The notes beneath the pieces were generated by a model. The model was not told the origin of the DNA. It searched no databases and worked only from the letters and a program-made list of their open reading frames with translations. A DNA stretch of 64,000 nucleotides from Carcharhinus amblyrhynchos (Eukaryota): NCBI GenBank assembly GCA_965287045.1, contig OZ336881.1:76198001-76262000 (forward strand). Direction: 5' to 3'. Position 1 is the first letter of the stretch. Every line of letters begins with the position of its first letter. Position numbers and translations under genes: made by a program. Positions 24,430 through 36,810 of the stretch are shown in pieces.

Positions 24430-26767
24430 TTTACTATCAAATAAATCGGTTGAACTTAAACCTGGTATTGTCAGACTTCTTACTGTGTTGGGACAATGGC
24501 CAGTGGCGGGGAAGCAGCTAACCCTGTGCAGAGTGGAAGCACTGATTCCTCAAGGCTCAAATGCAGTGCCATAAGAATACTTAACATTTTCCCTGAAGCT
24601 GTCCTCACTGCATTTCCCAGACCTGGGAAAGAGAGCAGCCTAGATTTAAAAATTATAAGACGGGTTACGTGTCAACTGCCAACCTCATTATAATATTGAA
24701 ATGGCCAACTAGCTTCCCAGGACTGGGTTGACTGCACTCTCCCACTCTGCCTCATTTAAACCTGGGTGTAGGTGCTCAGGGGTAAGGTTTTATATATATT
24801 TTAAATCTCCCACCTAACACTAACCCATTTTCTTTTTTTTTGGGGGGGGGGGTGGTTTTAAAATCACCCCTAGTATTTTGTTGCCAGATCGTAAAACTGA
24901 CTTCAGAAATCACACGACTCTGCCTGACCTTATCACTTCCTCTCATTTCCCCTGCTAATGAAGGGGGATTGTGGGCAAGATTCAATGACCAGCTATTCCT
25001 TTTGTCCCTGTGACTCCGTAAAATGTCTAATAAAGTTAATTAGCACAGTAGGTACTCTTTCGAGATGAAATCTTCAAAGGTAGAGTGTTGAAGTCTTGAC
25101 AAAGTGTTCAAAAGTCCTCTTCAAACTCCAACAGCAAGTGAACACTTCAAGAAAGGCTCAAAATGTAATGACCTGTTTATTCCCAATTAGTTGGTCACTA
25201 TTGGACAGGGTTGTGTCAGGTTGTAGTCACAAATGCCATCCAGTCTTATTAATTAAAGCTAGCAGGAAATTAAATTACAATCAGTTGGGCAGCCTTTTCT
25301 ACTGTAAGCTTCAAATTCTTTAGCAAGATGGAATCTTGCACAAAACATGGGCTTAAACCAGCATGTCAGCTTAAGACCCTTTGGGACTACTTCAGAGGTT
25401 CTTAATTGATAAAGTATTTGTGGAAAATAACCTCTTTGTGCCTTAGATCTCCAGCAAGTCTTGGCAGAAATAACTGTTTGTGACTGTATAACCAGTCTCA
25501 ACAAAATCTGTGTCCTCCAGTAGCCCTGACTCCTTAGCTCCTGGGCAAAGTAGAAATACTCTGGGAAAGCTAGAAAAAAAAGTTTTTCACGATCAGTCAA
25601 AGCTGTCAATCAAGGTGAAGGTTAAAGGCACAAAGCACAGGTTCCTAGTTCTATTTTTTAAAGTCTCTGAGGAATAAAGAAACACTGCCACAATATGTCA
25701 TTCCAATCCTTCCCAACAGAATGACAATGCAGATGATGCTAGGCATTTGGAATACATGTTAAGCAATCTGCATAAACAGGGGTCAGAAAATTACTTTGAA
25801 GTGGTGCATTTGCTCCCTACCACAGATGCAGACTCTTTCCATCTGCCACAGAAAACTAATTTTTGTTAGTTAAAACCGACATTGCATATTATATATTTTG
25901 ATTGGAAATATGTGGTAGATTCCTGAGATCTGAAAGAGGACAGACCCTGATCCGACACAGCTGCTTCTGGTGGGTGTGCTCTGTCTAGGGGAATCCTCAG
26001 TCTACCAGTCAGATGAAATTGAGATTCTGGTCTCCTGCTCCTTGATGCAGCAGTAGATACATTGCAGGACCAGGCCCATGGCAGAACAATCACTGGGCAC
26101 TTCCTTCAAATTAACTGGATGACACTTGCACATTTAGTTAGAGGAATAGTATGACTCACTTTGATCCACCCTCCCTCTGATTTATTATAAAACTGCATGC
26201 ATCATTATGTAACTAAGCAGAGGACAGAATTAATTTTGGGTCAAAATGCAAGTAAAATTTCTTTAATTATTGACCCCAGTTGCTTCATTAAATTGGAACA
26301 ATACCTATATACTGGGGGACTGCAAATTATGTTTTTTTCCCTAATCAATCAACATGGGATGCTCATATGAACGCCAGTGATTAATGGTTTGGATAGAGAG
26401 CTGATGCACAGTATGTTAAGGTACAGATCATAAACCGCAAAAGGATGTTATTAAGTTCAACTAAATCCCAACATTTTTTTTTCTATTTTGGCATTAGTGT
26501 GCAGGAAAGGTGTGTTTCATGCCTGGTGTGATTCTGTTAACATACTAGGAAGCCTTTATCAAAACAAACTTTATTCAAAAATACAGTTTAACGATACCAA
26601 ATGAATTAGTTCAACTTTTATCAAATGAAATACTCAAACATGACAAGACACAGTCTAATTGCTAACCTTTCTCTATTGGTTCCATTTCAAGCAATATTCT
26701 TCTTATAGACTTGTATGCTTGTACTTGGGCTGCTAGTCCTCAAGCCTCCAAAACACCTCTGGAGAGG

Positions 26768-26771
<4 letters not shown>

Positions 26772-26803
<32 letters not shown>
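26772..26803. repeat. (GA)16 microsatellite
   Basis: Perfect dinucleotide run. Confidence 0.95.
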
Positions 26804-26807
<4 letters not shown>

Positions 26808-27169
26808 CACATACACAGTTCTTCTACCAGGTCTCAAACAGCAGTCTCCACAAAGAGAGAGCGCAATTTCTTGCTTCTTTCAAGACCCAGCAGTAACTGC
26901 TTGCTTTTACATATAAGCTTAGCTCCTCCCCATAAGCACATGATTGTCAATCAACCTAATCAGAATCCCACACTGAAACCCCAGGGAGAAAACCAAATAA
27001 ATAAAAATGTATCAATTCAGATTGAAACAAACACAACCCTAAAAAAAAATCACTAGCCTGCATTCTCAACATGAGCTGCCTGGTGCCTAGACAAATCAGC
27101 ACCATATAAAACATAGCTGAATTTTAAACATACCCCACAAGAAACATGATATGAATACATTTCTTAAAG

Positions 27170-27480
27170 GCATAGTACAAGTACTATGCTAGTAATCCAG
27201 CTGGTCAGGTGAACATCCTGGGGCAAAATTCTACTACAACAGCTGGTGGAATTTCAGTTCTATTTATGAATTTGGAATTTAAAGCTAGTCTCAGTAAGGT
27301 GACCATGAACCTATTGTGGATTATTGTAAAAACCTATCTTGTTCACTAATGTCCTGTAGGGGAGGAAATTTGGCCTACATGTGACTATGGATGACTCAAC
27401 TGTCCCCAGAAATGGCCTAGCAAGCGACTCAGTTCAAAATACTGGCCTTGCCAGTAATGCACATATCAAAGAAAGAATAA
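27170..27480 (+). mobile_element. decayed copy of the same tRNA-derived SINE
   Basis: Shares ctagtaatccag, gaccatgaa, gttcactaatgtcc..ggaaat..ggcctacatgtgact, ctggccttgccag with the 29564-29845 family. Confidence 0.6.
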
Positions 27481-29563
27481 AAAGAGATAGTTTTGATAAC
27501 CAAGAATAAAGTATAAAAAAGGCCAGAAGCATATTCAAAAATCTTTACACAGTCGTCATCGGGATATGATGGTTTTTGGTTTGTCATAAGCTAAGCTGAG
27601 AACTATTATTGTGACGGTATGTTCCTTCAGCTATTCCTTCAAACCTATAGATCAATATCTTGAAGGACCAGCATTGCATCCCCATTCTATGCAAACTATC
27701 AGCTTTAGTTTCAGAGAGGGATAATCAGTGCCCTTTTCATAGTGATATTTAGTATCAGTGCAAATAAGGCAGCTGTCATTAGACCAACCATTCTTAGTGC
27801 CAAACTAGATCCTTCTGTCTGCCTAGCTGATACAAGTGCCAAACAAATATTATATCTGCACTTAATTTTACAGCATGTTTACCCTCTGCCTACTTGATGT
27901 TTTGATAGTTGCACGTTTGAGGGGTCAGGCTCCAAGTGCCATCTCATCTCTCTCCATTGCAAATGTATGCATGCAGTCTACTCCCATTTCAAATGATTTA
28001 ATTTAAATTATTGGATAATTAACTCATTTTTAGGGTTTAATTCAAGTTTTTAAAAATCTGGAGTAGATTGTAGTATCAAAGCTGCTTTGAGATTTTGTCA
28101 TTTTTCTGAGACTGACCTGAGAGGGTCACAATGTTAGTGTGAATATCGATTTTTGTGTTCCTGTTAGGAAGTCAATAACAACACAGTTTAGGTACAGGTG
28201 TGCTGCGGCTCCTACCTCAGGTTTCTGGTCAAACAGTGGAAAAAAATCTGATTAAAATATCAGAAAAAGTGGCCAAAAATGGAAAACCAAATTAAATTTT
28301 GGTTTTAAATCTAATAGAAAAATAAATGGCAGATTGTGTGTCAAACTGCAACATTAACTCTTCTGTCTGTACTTTATACTCAATGTCTGATCTGATACTA
28401 ACTAAAGCTGACTGTGACAGTATCTATTTCACAGAATGGAAAGTAAATGTGACTTTCTTTCCTTTCTTTCCTTCATTTCTTTCTCATCTATTCAAAAGGA
28501 ATCCAAACTTTGAAATGAAACCTGAAATACACAGCAAGTCAGCGAACATCCACACAAGAGATGACAGGTTAATTTTCTACTTTTATTTTGTACTTAACAT
28601 TCATGTAATATTTTGTGCATTAAACTTAGTCTTTTCTCCTTAAACATTTTGTTCTTGCAGTCAAGAAATTCTTGCTTTTGTCCATACATCCACTACTTAA
28701 AATAATAACGTTGAGAGAGATTATATGAAGACCTTTAACCAGGATATTCTTCACTGTAAAAGCTGTGTTGAACATGACATCTGAATCATATGTTACTCCT
28801 CTCTCCAAGTGGACACAAGTTCCCGATTCCAATCAACAGATCCCTGATGATATCCATGGATTGATTTTTCCCCATGAAATTGCATCAAAACCGTCAGTCA
28901 GAATTGCAACTGTTGAAAACCAGCCCACATCTCCTCATAGCACATTTATTATCTCAGTGTCCTTCAAAGGGGCAATTGTTTCAGCTGGTAGGGAAAAAAA
29001 TTGAATGCTGTGACAGCAATTTAAGAGCGTCAGCACTGCCGTTTTGCTTACTTCAACATACCAGGTGATGCTCCTTCAAGACAGAGACCACTAAATTAAG
29101 TGTTATCCAACTGAGATGTTGCTATCTGTAATCCAGCAAAGGAAGCCTCTTCCCCCCGCCGCCCAAAGAGGGATGATCTAGAAGGGCATGGCCTCGGCAA
29201 TGATTATGCTTTCTCATTTTTGCTAACTTCTTAAAAGGGAAACAGATAATAATGTACCATCTAAGTTCCTGCTATAAATCTTTTTGAAATCTACATTTCT
29301 GATGAATTCTGAAATGCATCAACATGTTTTCTACTTAAAAGTGCCATGGTGCTGTAAAATGTAAGTTGTGGTGGTTGTCCACCCAACCATATGGTTAGAG
29401 TGGCCCCAAATAAATTAATCCTATAGAACTGAAAGAAAGTTTAAAATAATATTATTTAGAGTACAATGTGTTCTCTGTCTCTGTAGAAGTTAGAAAGAAC
29501 CAACTAAAGGGCCTCAATACTATAGATTGTAGGGGCACTATTCTTTCGTACTACCCTAGCCCT

Positions 29564-29845
29564 GGGAGGCAGTGACATAGTGGTATTTTTGCTGCATTAA
29601 TAATCCAAACACCCAATCTAACGCACTGGGAACGTGGGTTCAAATCCCACCACAGCAGATGGTGAAATTAGAAGTCTAATATGACCATAAAACTTTAGAG
29701 AAGGAAATCTGCTGTTCTTACCTGGTCTGGTCTACATGCAACTCCAGACCCACAGCAGTGCATTTGACTTTTAACTGCCCTCTGAAATGGCTTTGCAAGC
29801 CACTCAATTCAAGGCATGGGCAACAAATGCCTACATCCCATGATG
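29564..29845 (+). mobile_element. tRNA-derived SINE with L2-type tail
   Basis: A-box-like tgacatagtggt, B-box gggttcaaatccc, body aaggaaatctgc..cctggtctggtctacatg..ctccagacccacagca; second decayed copy at 27170-27480. Confidence 0.72.
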
Positions 29846-30107
29846 ATTTAAATAAATTCTGTTCAACTAAAACCCCATATCTAAATGCTGCATTAGATAT
29901 GATTCCTAGTGTCACAAGTAGGCTTACATTAACACTGCAGTGAAGTTACTGTGAAAATCCTAGGTTTGTGCTCAACTTCCTGTTCAAACGCTGTTCAAAT
30001 TCAAATCCAGTTTCTGCACTGGTTCCACTACTAAACTGACCAAAGTCTCTAGCAATATCTTCTGTGAATACAGCCGTAGCAAAATATCCTCCATAATCTG
30101 TTTATAG

Positions 30108-30547
30108 CAGTGGTGGGCAACCTGCATCCCAGAGCCACATGGGACCTTGACGCATTTTGCTGAACATTGCCACTGCACAGGGTTGCCACATTCCACTGAT
30201 TTCCATCCATTTAGTTTTTTTTTCCTACTAGTATGCCTGAAGTGATCCAAATACAAGGACAAGTGAAGTGAGGTGCATGCTAATTGCTCACAACATTGTC
30301 TATGCAAGCCACACACTCCCTCCCTTCCAAAGTGTAAATATTTATTTTGCTTATACTATTTGATGACAGTTCTATCAATATATTAATGATTAAGCATTTT
30401 CTATAACTCATTATGAAATTGACATGTATTAAATGTATTCAATCTTATTCATGATGTTAGCGAACAAGCTAATTTCAATCTTGCGGCCCACCAAGATGGA
30501 GGGGGGCCGCTCATGGCCCACTCACTAGCCTAGGCTGCCTATCACTG
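30108..30547. mobile_element. hAT (Charlie-like) non-autonomous element
   Basis: TIRs cagtggtgggcaacct / aggctgcctatcactg; degenerate 8-bp TSD gtttatag / gtttatga. Confidence 0.78.
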
Positions 30548-30802
30548 GTTTATGATGTTTAATTTCCCTACTTCAATTCCACCATCTCTTACTTCAATGG
30601 AGAATAATGTATCAACTTCTACACTCACCTCTTCTTCCTTATCATTAATTTCAATTGTCCAAAACTTTATTACACATGCCATGTCCTATTCATCTTGCAG
30701 AATCTTATCTTCGCCCACCTTCTCCATCCTTCTGTTTCCTCTGGCCCTTTGTTTCTGTGCACCTCAGTCTCCATTTGCCCCACTTCACGCCTATTTGCAA
30801 CT

Positions 30803-30905
30803 AAAGCAAAATACTGCAGATGCTGGAAATCTGAAAAATACATAGCAGGTCAAGCAGCATCTGTAGAGAGAAAGAGTTAATGCTTCAGATCAATGCATCT
30901 CAGAA
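30803..30905. mobile_element. Penelope-type terminal repeat fragment (opposite orientation to 5095-5197)
   Basis: aaagcaaaatactgcagatgctggaaatctgaaa...gcagcatctgtagagagaaagagttaa. Confidence 0.6.
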
Positions 30906-32718
30906 TTAAGTATTTTCACATTTTTATTTCCGTCTCACCCGAAATTCCTCAATTATTTTGCTTCTCCATAACGTGCTTCAAATTTAAAAATGAGTCACAG
31001 AAGCAAGTGATGGAGGCAGAGGTAGAACAGGAACATTAATATTTTTTCAAAGTAAACAGCTTAGCAAGAGAATAGCAAGAGTACAGGCAGCTAGATCCTA
31101 AAATCCAACTGCAACTTTAACTGCTATTGAAGCTGAAGTTACCACAAATGCTGACACTAGACTCACCTTCCGTTAATCTACATTTAAATATCTAATTCCA
31201 ATTACAGGGCCTCAAGAGGCCTGCATTTTTCTCACTACCTACTAGCTCAGGAGTGGGAAATCTACATGGCTGTTGTTTTCCTTACATACCACTAGAACCT
31301 GACAGCTGCCTACCTTATCAGTGCCACATATAATTGAAAAAGCACAACTGAGCAATGACAAAGATATTCTATTATTGGTATTCAGTTGGCAAGGTGATTG
31401 AACTGCTGGTTCTGTTTTGACTGTTAAATCAATCAGATGTTTGATTATAGGCAGGAGAAACAAATGATCCCTCACCCTTAATCTGAAAAGAGACCATAGG
31501 CAGAAAAGCTGAGAAAGGTGGTAAATCTTTCTATTGCTGGCCCTCAAGTTGGCTACAAGTTCCTTTGCAAAAGGTACAGTCCATAAGAGATTCCCTGCTG
31601 ACCCATAGCTTGCTGAGATTGTTGTTCATTCACTGGCAGGTGTCTGCTAAGACACAGAAGTAACTGGTAGCATATTAGTGAGTGCAGGCAGTCTGCCCAT
31701 GGTACCTGCTACTTGTACTGACATGGCTTCTTTCAACTTGTATAATTTCAATCATATTTGAAACAAGCCAACTTAGTGACATGACTGGGCTCTAAAATTT
31801 GTACTTGGATGTCTTGTCACTTAGACAAGTGTAGTTGTGTGTTTTTTAAATTTCAAGCTGTGTTCTAATCCCGTAAATATTTCAATTAGCTTTCTGGCAA
31901 TTTTGGATATTTTACTTATAGTCTCAATGTAAACATTCCTTACTGTGCATGGGATACAAACAAATGTCAAGATAATTTAAAGAGAGCACTAAAAGGGCAG
32001 TGGAAAAATGAAAATATTCCATCTAGCCCTTTAAGAACTCTATCACATGTAGCTTTCCTTTTCATCCATGACATTTGGCCAAACAAATTGTATGGCATGA
32101 TCCAAGTCAGCTGTGCTTTATTAACACTAATTGATTATAATATTTAAGTTAAGCTCTTGCACAATTTCTGTAAGAGAACCTTGGGCTGATTGAAAGATTG
32201 TATGCTTTGTGAATCAAGTGGCGGGCCTGCAAAAAAAAGGGTTCCCTGCCGGATATTCCATTGCCAATTGGGATCAAGCCAACAGATGGAAAAGATACTC
32301 TATCCTATCTGCATCCTGTTAAATAGGGCTATAACACTTCTTCAGTTGACATAGATATGTTGTACCCCTCCATAGTAAAAATGTAAGCTTATTTTTCTTG
32401 ATTTTTGCAGATAAGTTAGCTTTTATTGATATCTTCACTTTGTTCATTTCCGTATAGATCAGATATGACTGTAGAACTTTTATATACCTGCAGATACAAA
32501 TTAGCTATGTGGCCATTGCTTGACTTTCAGATCGAGATATCACTAAGCTTTCAAGATGGTGTAACAGAGGAAGTCAACTTCACAGAATCAATAAGCTGAC
32601 TCATACATTTCATCAAGTATTGTTTTTGCATCGCTTCATTGCTCTTACAAAGCAGATACGGTGCAATACTTACCTGTTAGACAGCAATGAAGAACATGCG
32701 TTGTAAAGTTACCTAAAA

Positions 32719-33135
32719 CAGTGGTGGGCAACCTGTAACCAGAGGCCCACAAAACATTTTGTTGACAGTGGTCCACACAGAGTTAACACATTCTGCTGAT
32801 TTCTGTCCAAGTAATTTTTCTCCTATCATTTTGGCTGGTGATATGCACAAAAAACAAGGGTCAAGTGAAGTAAGATGCTGATTGCACACAACATTGACAG
32901 CGAGAGCCGTGTTCCCTCTGCATACAAAGAGTAAATATTTATTTTGTTTTTACCATTTGAAGGTGATAGTTCTATTACCATATTTCTAACTTCTGAAATA
33001 TCGTGTGTGTTAAACGTATTTAATCTAACTCATGGAGTCATGGTTAGTGAGCATGCCCAATTTCAATCTTTGGCCCACTGAGATGAACAAAGGCCACTAA
33101 TGCAGCCCCTCACTATCTTAGATTACCTATCACTG
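32719..33135. mobile_element. second copy of the same hAT MITE
   Basis: Same TIRs (cagtggtgggcaacct...cctatcactg) and colinear interior with 30108-30547; TSD not preserved. Confidence 0.72.
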
Positions 33136-33429
33136 CAGTATGTAGCTACAATTCTTAAAGTGAATGGGTTATGTCTGATACAAATCTATAGATCCGTTTT
33201 ATTTTATATATAATTTGATTTTTTTTTGCTAAATTGATGCAGAATGAGTGTCATTTAGTTGTGAGAGCTTTGTCAGTCCATTATTGCAAAATACAGGTAG
33301 CAATTTAATTTAATAGAAGCTGAGGTGACTGATGTCACAATCAATGGGTTGATTAATGAAAATAATGAAATTATTGCTTTCTGTAACACTGATAATTCTT
33401 AGGTTTTAAACATATAGAATTATTATGGA

Positions 33430-34090
33430 ATTCAGAGAGGATCTAACCATGTTCTCCTGATATTGAATGGCATTACAATTGTTGAATCCCCCATTATTAA
33501 AATCCTGGCAGGAGTTACTTTTGACCGGAAACTGAACTGGACTAGCTATATAAATATTGTAACAAGAAGTTGAAGATTGGGAATTCACCTTCTGATCCCC
33601 AAAGCACATCAACCATCAACAAGGCATAAGTCAGGAGTGTGATGGAATACTCTCCTCTTGCCTGGATGAGTGTGGCTGCAACAACACTCAAAAAGCTTGA
33701 CAGCAGCCAAGATAAAATCGGTCCACTTGATCAGTACCCCACCTACTGATTTCATTCTTCCACCACCAATGCACAGTGGCAGCAGTGTGTGCTATATACA
33801 AAATGTACAGCAGCAAATTACCATGGCTCCTTTGATAGCTTCTTCCAATGCCTACCACCTAGAAGGACAACCTTTCCCCAAGGGAAACAATGCATATGAA
33901 AGTTTCCTCCAAACCAGGTACCATTCCACCTTGGAACTACAGAATCACTCCTTCACTCTTCACTGGTTCAAAATCCTAGAACTCCCTGCATAACTACACC
34001 AAGCGTACGCACTACCACCTTCTCAAAGGCAATGAGGGATGGTCAGCAAATGCTGGCGTAGCCAGCAACACCTGCATTCCATGAATTAAA
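33430..34090 (+). mobile_element. L2/CR1-group LINE 3' fragment
   Basis: aaggcataagtcaggagtgtgatggaatactctcctcttgcctggatgag; tail gcaatgagggatggtcagcaaatgctggc..gccagcaacacc. Confidence 0.68.
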
Positions 34091-34737
34091 ATATGTATTA
34101 ACTGCATTTTTAATACATCTGTAACATACAGTGGTGTTACAGACTACATCATCATCATCACTTTGCAAAATATATATGGGTATACAAAGTCAAAAAGTGA
34201 AGAAATATCAATTTTAGTTGTTAGAATGCAGCTAGACCAAAACTATTCCTTGCTACATTTGTACAGTTCCACCTGGGCTATCTGACATTTCACCTAAAGT
34301 GCGGACGTGCACTTTCCATTGAGGATCGCTGCATATTGATCAAAAGCTGGGAATCCTGATTAACCCGTGGGGATGAGGTTAATTGCATGATCCTCAGTGG
34401 TGGAAATTGGGACTTACAGCTGCCTTAGTGAAAATATTTATATGAAGCCTGCAGCCCTACCAAATTCCTAACTGCTAGTTGATCCACTCATTTACTACTG
34501 TTCTCTAGGCATATCAATACTACTTCTTTGTTTGGTCTTTTCAAACTACATTTGATGTTTTAGTTAGTTGTTTTCCAGGATATTCTATTGAATTAAAAAT
34601 AATGTACGCTTTACCGAAATGCATTGCTAGACTATTTTCTAAAACAGCCTGGCACAATTTAATGAAGTGGACAGGATTGAATGGTTTTCTCATGTTATCC
34701 GCCCTATCGAGCAGAGTCCACTTCCTGTTTTGCACAG

Positions 34738-34790
34738 CTGCACAATCTGATGTGAACCAAACTGGTCACAGTAAACAACATTTGGTATGA
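34738..34790 (+). CDS. SDCCAG8: candidate SDCCAG8 terminal exon
   Basis: Acceptor cttcctgttttgcacag|CTGCACAATCTGATGTG; phase 1 gives (A)AQSDVNQTGHSKQHLV* (QSD as in recalled human ...MPQSDC*), phase 0 gives LHNLM*. AATAAA at 35110-35115. Confidence 0.45.
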
Positions 34791-36634
34791 AGCTTATTTC
34801 TTCTTTCCTAGAAACAGGAAGTTCAACAAAATGTGGCTGAAATGAATTTCTGTCACTCTGTGACTTCACTACTTCGAATAACAGAGTCATTCGCTTATCG
34901 AAACTCATTTTCAAACGCAAAGGTTACTTATACGCTACAGATTTATTCAAGTGAAGATGAAAATCACTAGCATGACCCACTCTTTTTCATAGGGTGGTCT
35001 GCAAGAGACTAAAATGAGAGGTTTTTGTGAAACACTTGTTTACTGGAGCAGCTATTCTAACCACTGGTGAAATTCTAAGAATCTAGCAGATGTGAGAAAT
35101 AGTGCAGTTAATAAAGGCCTATTTGCTGAAAACTAGATCTAAAATATCTATTTTCTGCCTCCCTTTTCAGCCTCCTCTTATGTCGTAAGAGCAGCGGACC
35201 AACAAATGATCAACTGGACGCCAGCCTGCAACAATATAAAAAATCATTTTAATTGATTAGTTTTGTACATATTTTTGATATCATACGATTAAATACAGGT
35301 ATACTGTGATTATAAAAAGGTCAAGCATGGCCATCTCATATATGTGTACTGCTATCATGGTGAGGTTTAATTTGCTCTTCAACATTATTAGATTACAACT
35401 TTTGTTTGTACATGAGAATCACTATTGCAAGTGGTCCAAATGCTTGACTTAAGTTGAAGGGAAACATGTTCCCATCTTGTTCAGTCTCATCTAGTGGCGT
35501 TGCTTGAAGTGATGCACATGATTTTATAAAAATGTTTCTTTGCTTCTGCCTTATATCACTTTATAATAGTCAATGATCCAGTTTAAAAGTAGATTTTGCT
35601 GAGTCCATAGCAGCAAATATAAGCAGCAATATTTGGTTTCAAAAATGACAGCCTAACTCTGCACACACGAGCTTTTTATTATGTTTACCAGTTGTGTGAC
35701 ATTTGACCTGGATTTCACAGACAACTTGATATCAGCCTTCTTCAGTATTTTGTTTCTGTACTGAAAAGATATTTATGTAAACCAATACCTGTATAAATTA
35801 TTTCATACATTTATCTCAATTGAAAGCCAGCTGTGAACTTTGAGATGCTATCAATTCAAAATGTATGCAAAAGGTGATAACTATTTTGATGTTTACGTTA
35901 AAATATATTTTCCTACAAGCTCTCTAAATGAGTACCCTTCATTCTTGTGTATACCCCGATGTAGAATGTTGCTCTGATATAGAATATTTTTGCACTTTTC
36001 ATTTTACCTTTTCACATTATCAAGACTCAATAAAATGTTTGTTATTCCCATTTCCCTATTTTACATGCAGACATTTCCCAAATTATTTTCTTGTATCTGG
36101 ATAAATATGAAAGTACCATTTCTGTAAAAATAATAACTCTTTCCATTGTTTGATTTAATCTGCATACAGAAATCGTAGTAATGCAGGTAGCATTCATCAC
36201 CTCATTTTCCTTTCACAATCATAACTTTTTGGCTCAGTCTACTTTTTTTAAAATTAGAAATAAAATGTCAAATAATTGATGAATGGCAAATGTGACACCC
36301 ACTTTCAAAGGATCCTGCATTCCCCTCAGGATCAGCTGTTATAGCAGTTAACTTTTCTTTGGTAAACTACCCGAGTAATGTGAGATGAAGCGATCAAAGT
36401 ACTTGGAGAGAAACAAGCTACTTGGAATCTGAAAGGCATGTTTGACAAATTACAGAATTAGCAGATGAAGAAACTGCAATGGAGATTGTTTTATGGCTTT
36501 TCAAATCCATTTGATGGCATCAAGAGGAATGCAGCCACATGGACATGTTGCTATTTGGAGGGCTGAAAGAAAAGTGTGGGGTTAAAAAGACACCTTCTGG
36601 GCAGTAAGGAACTGGTAAGTGAAAGGAGGCATTT

Positions 36635-36810
36635 CACAAGGCAGTCACCCAATCTGCATTTGATTTCTTCATTGTGGAGGAGACTGCATTATAAGCAGCG
36701 AATACAATATAATAGTTGAAAGTAGTACAAGTAAATCACTTTCACCTGGACGATGTGTTTGGGCCCTTGGACATTGAGAAGGAGTGAAGTCAACGAAACG
36801 CATTGCAGAT
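36635..36810 (-). mobile_element. Penelope GIY-YIG endonuclease fragment nested in an old CR1 remnant (about 36290-37060)
   Basis: Minus strand reads roughly FTCTTFN..YCIRCL*CSLLHNEEIKCRLGDCL, matching the PLE FTC...VYCIRC..C.L.YIGETKR.LGDRF pattern. Confidence 0.7.

Larger units (their letters stand above)
22462..24486. mobile_element. Penelope-like element remnant: inverted pseudo-LTR pair with about 28-bp unpaired tail, interrupted by a CR1
   Basis: Left arm 22489-22762 is the reverse complement of 22804-22877 + 24290-24489; 12-bp TSD gttgggacaatg at 22450-22461 and 24487-24498; hammerhead core in each arm. Confidence 0.85.

Noticed and set aside
28765-29068. ORFs containing GAIVS, superficially like a pneumovirus F motif
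   Set aside because: Five-residue match only, frames are short and discontinuous.
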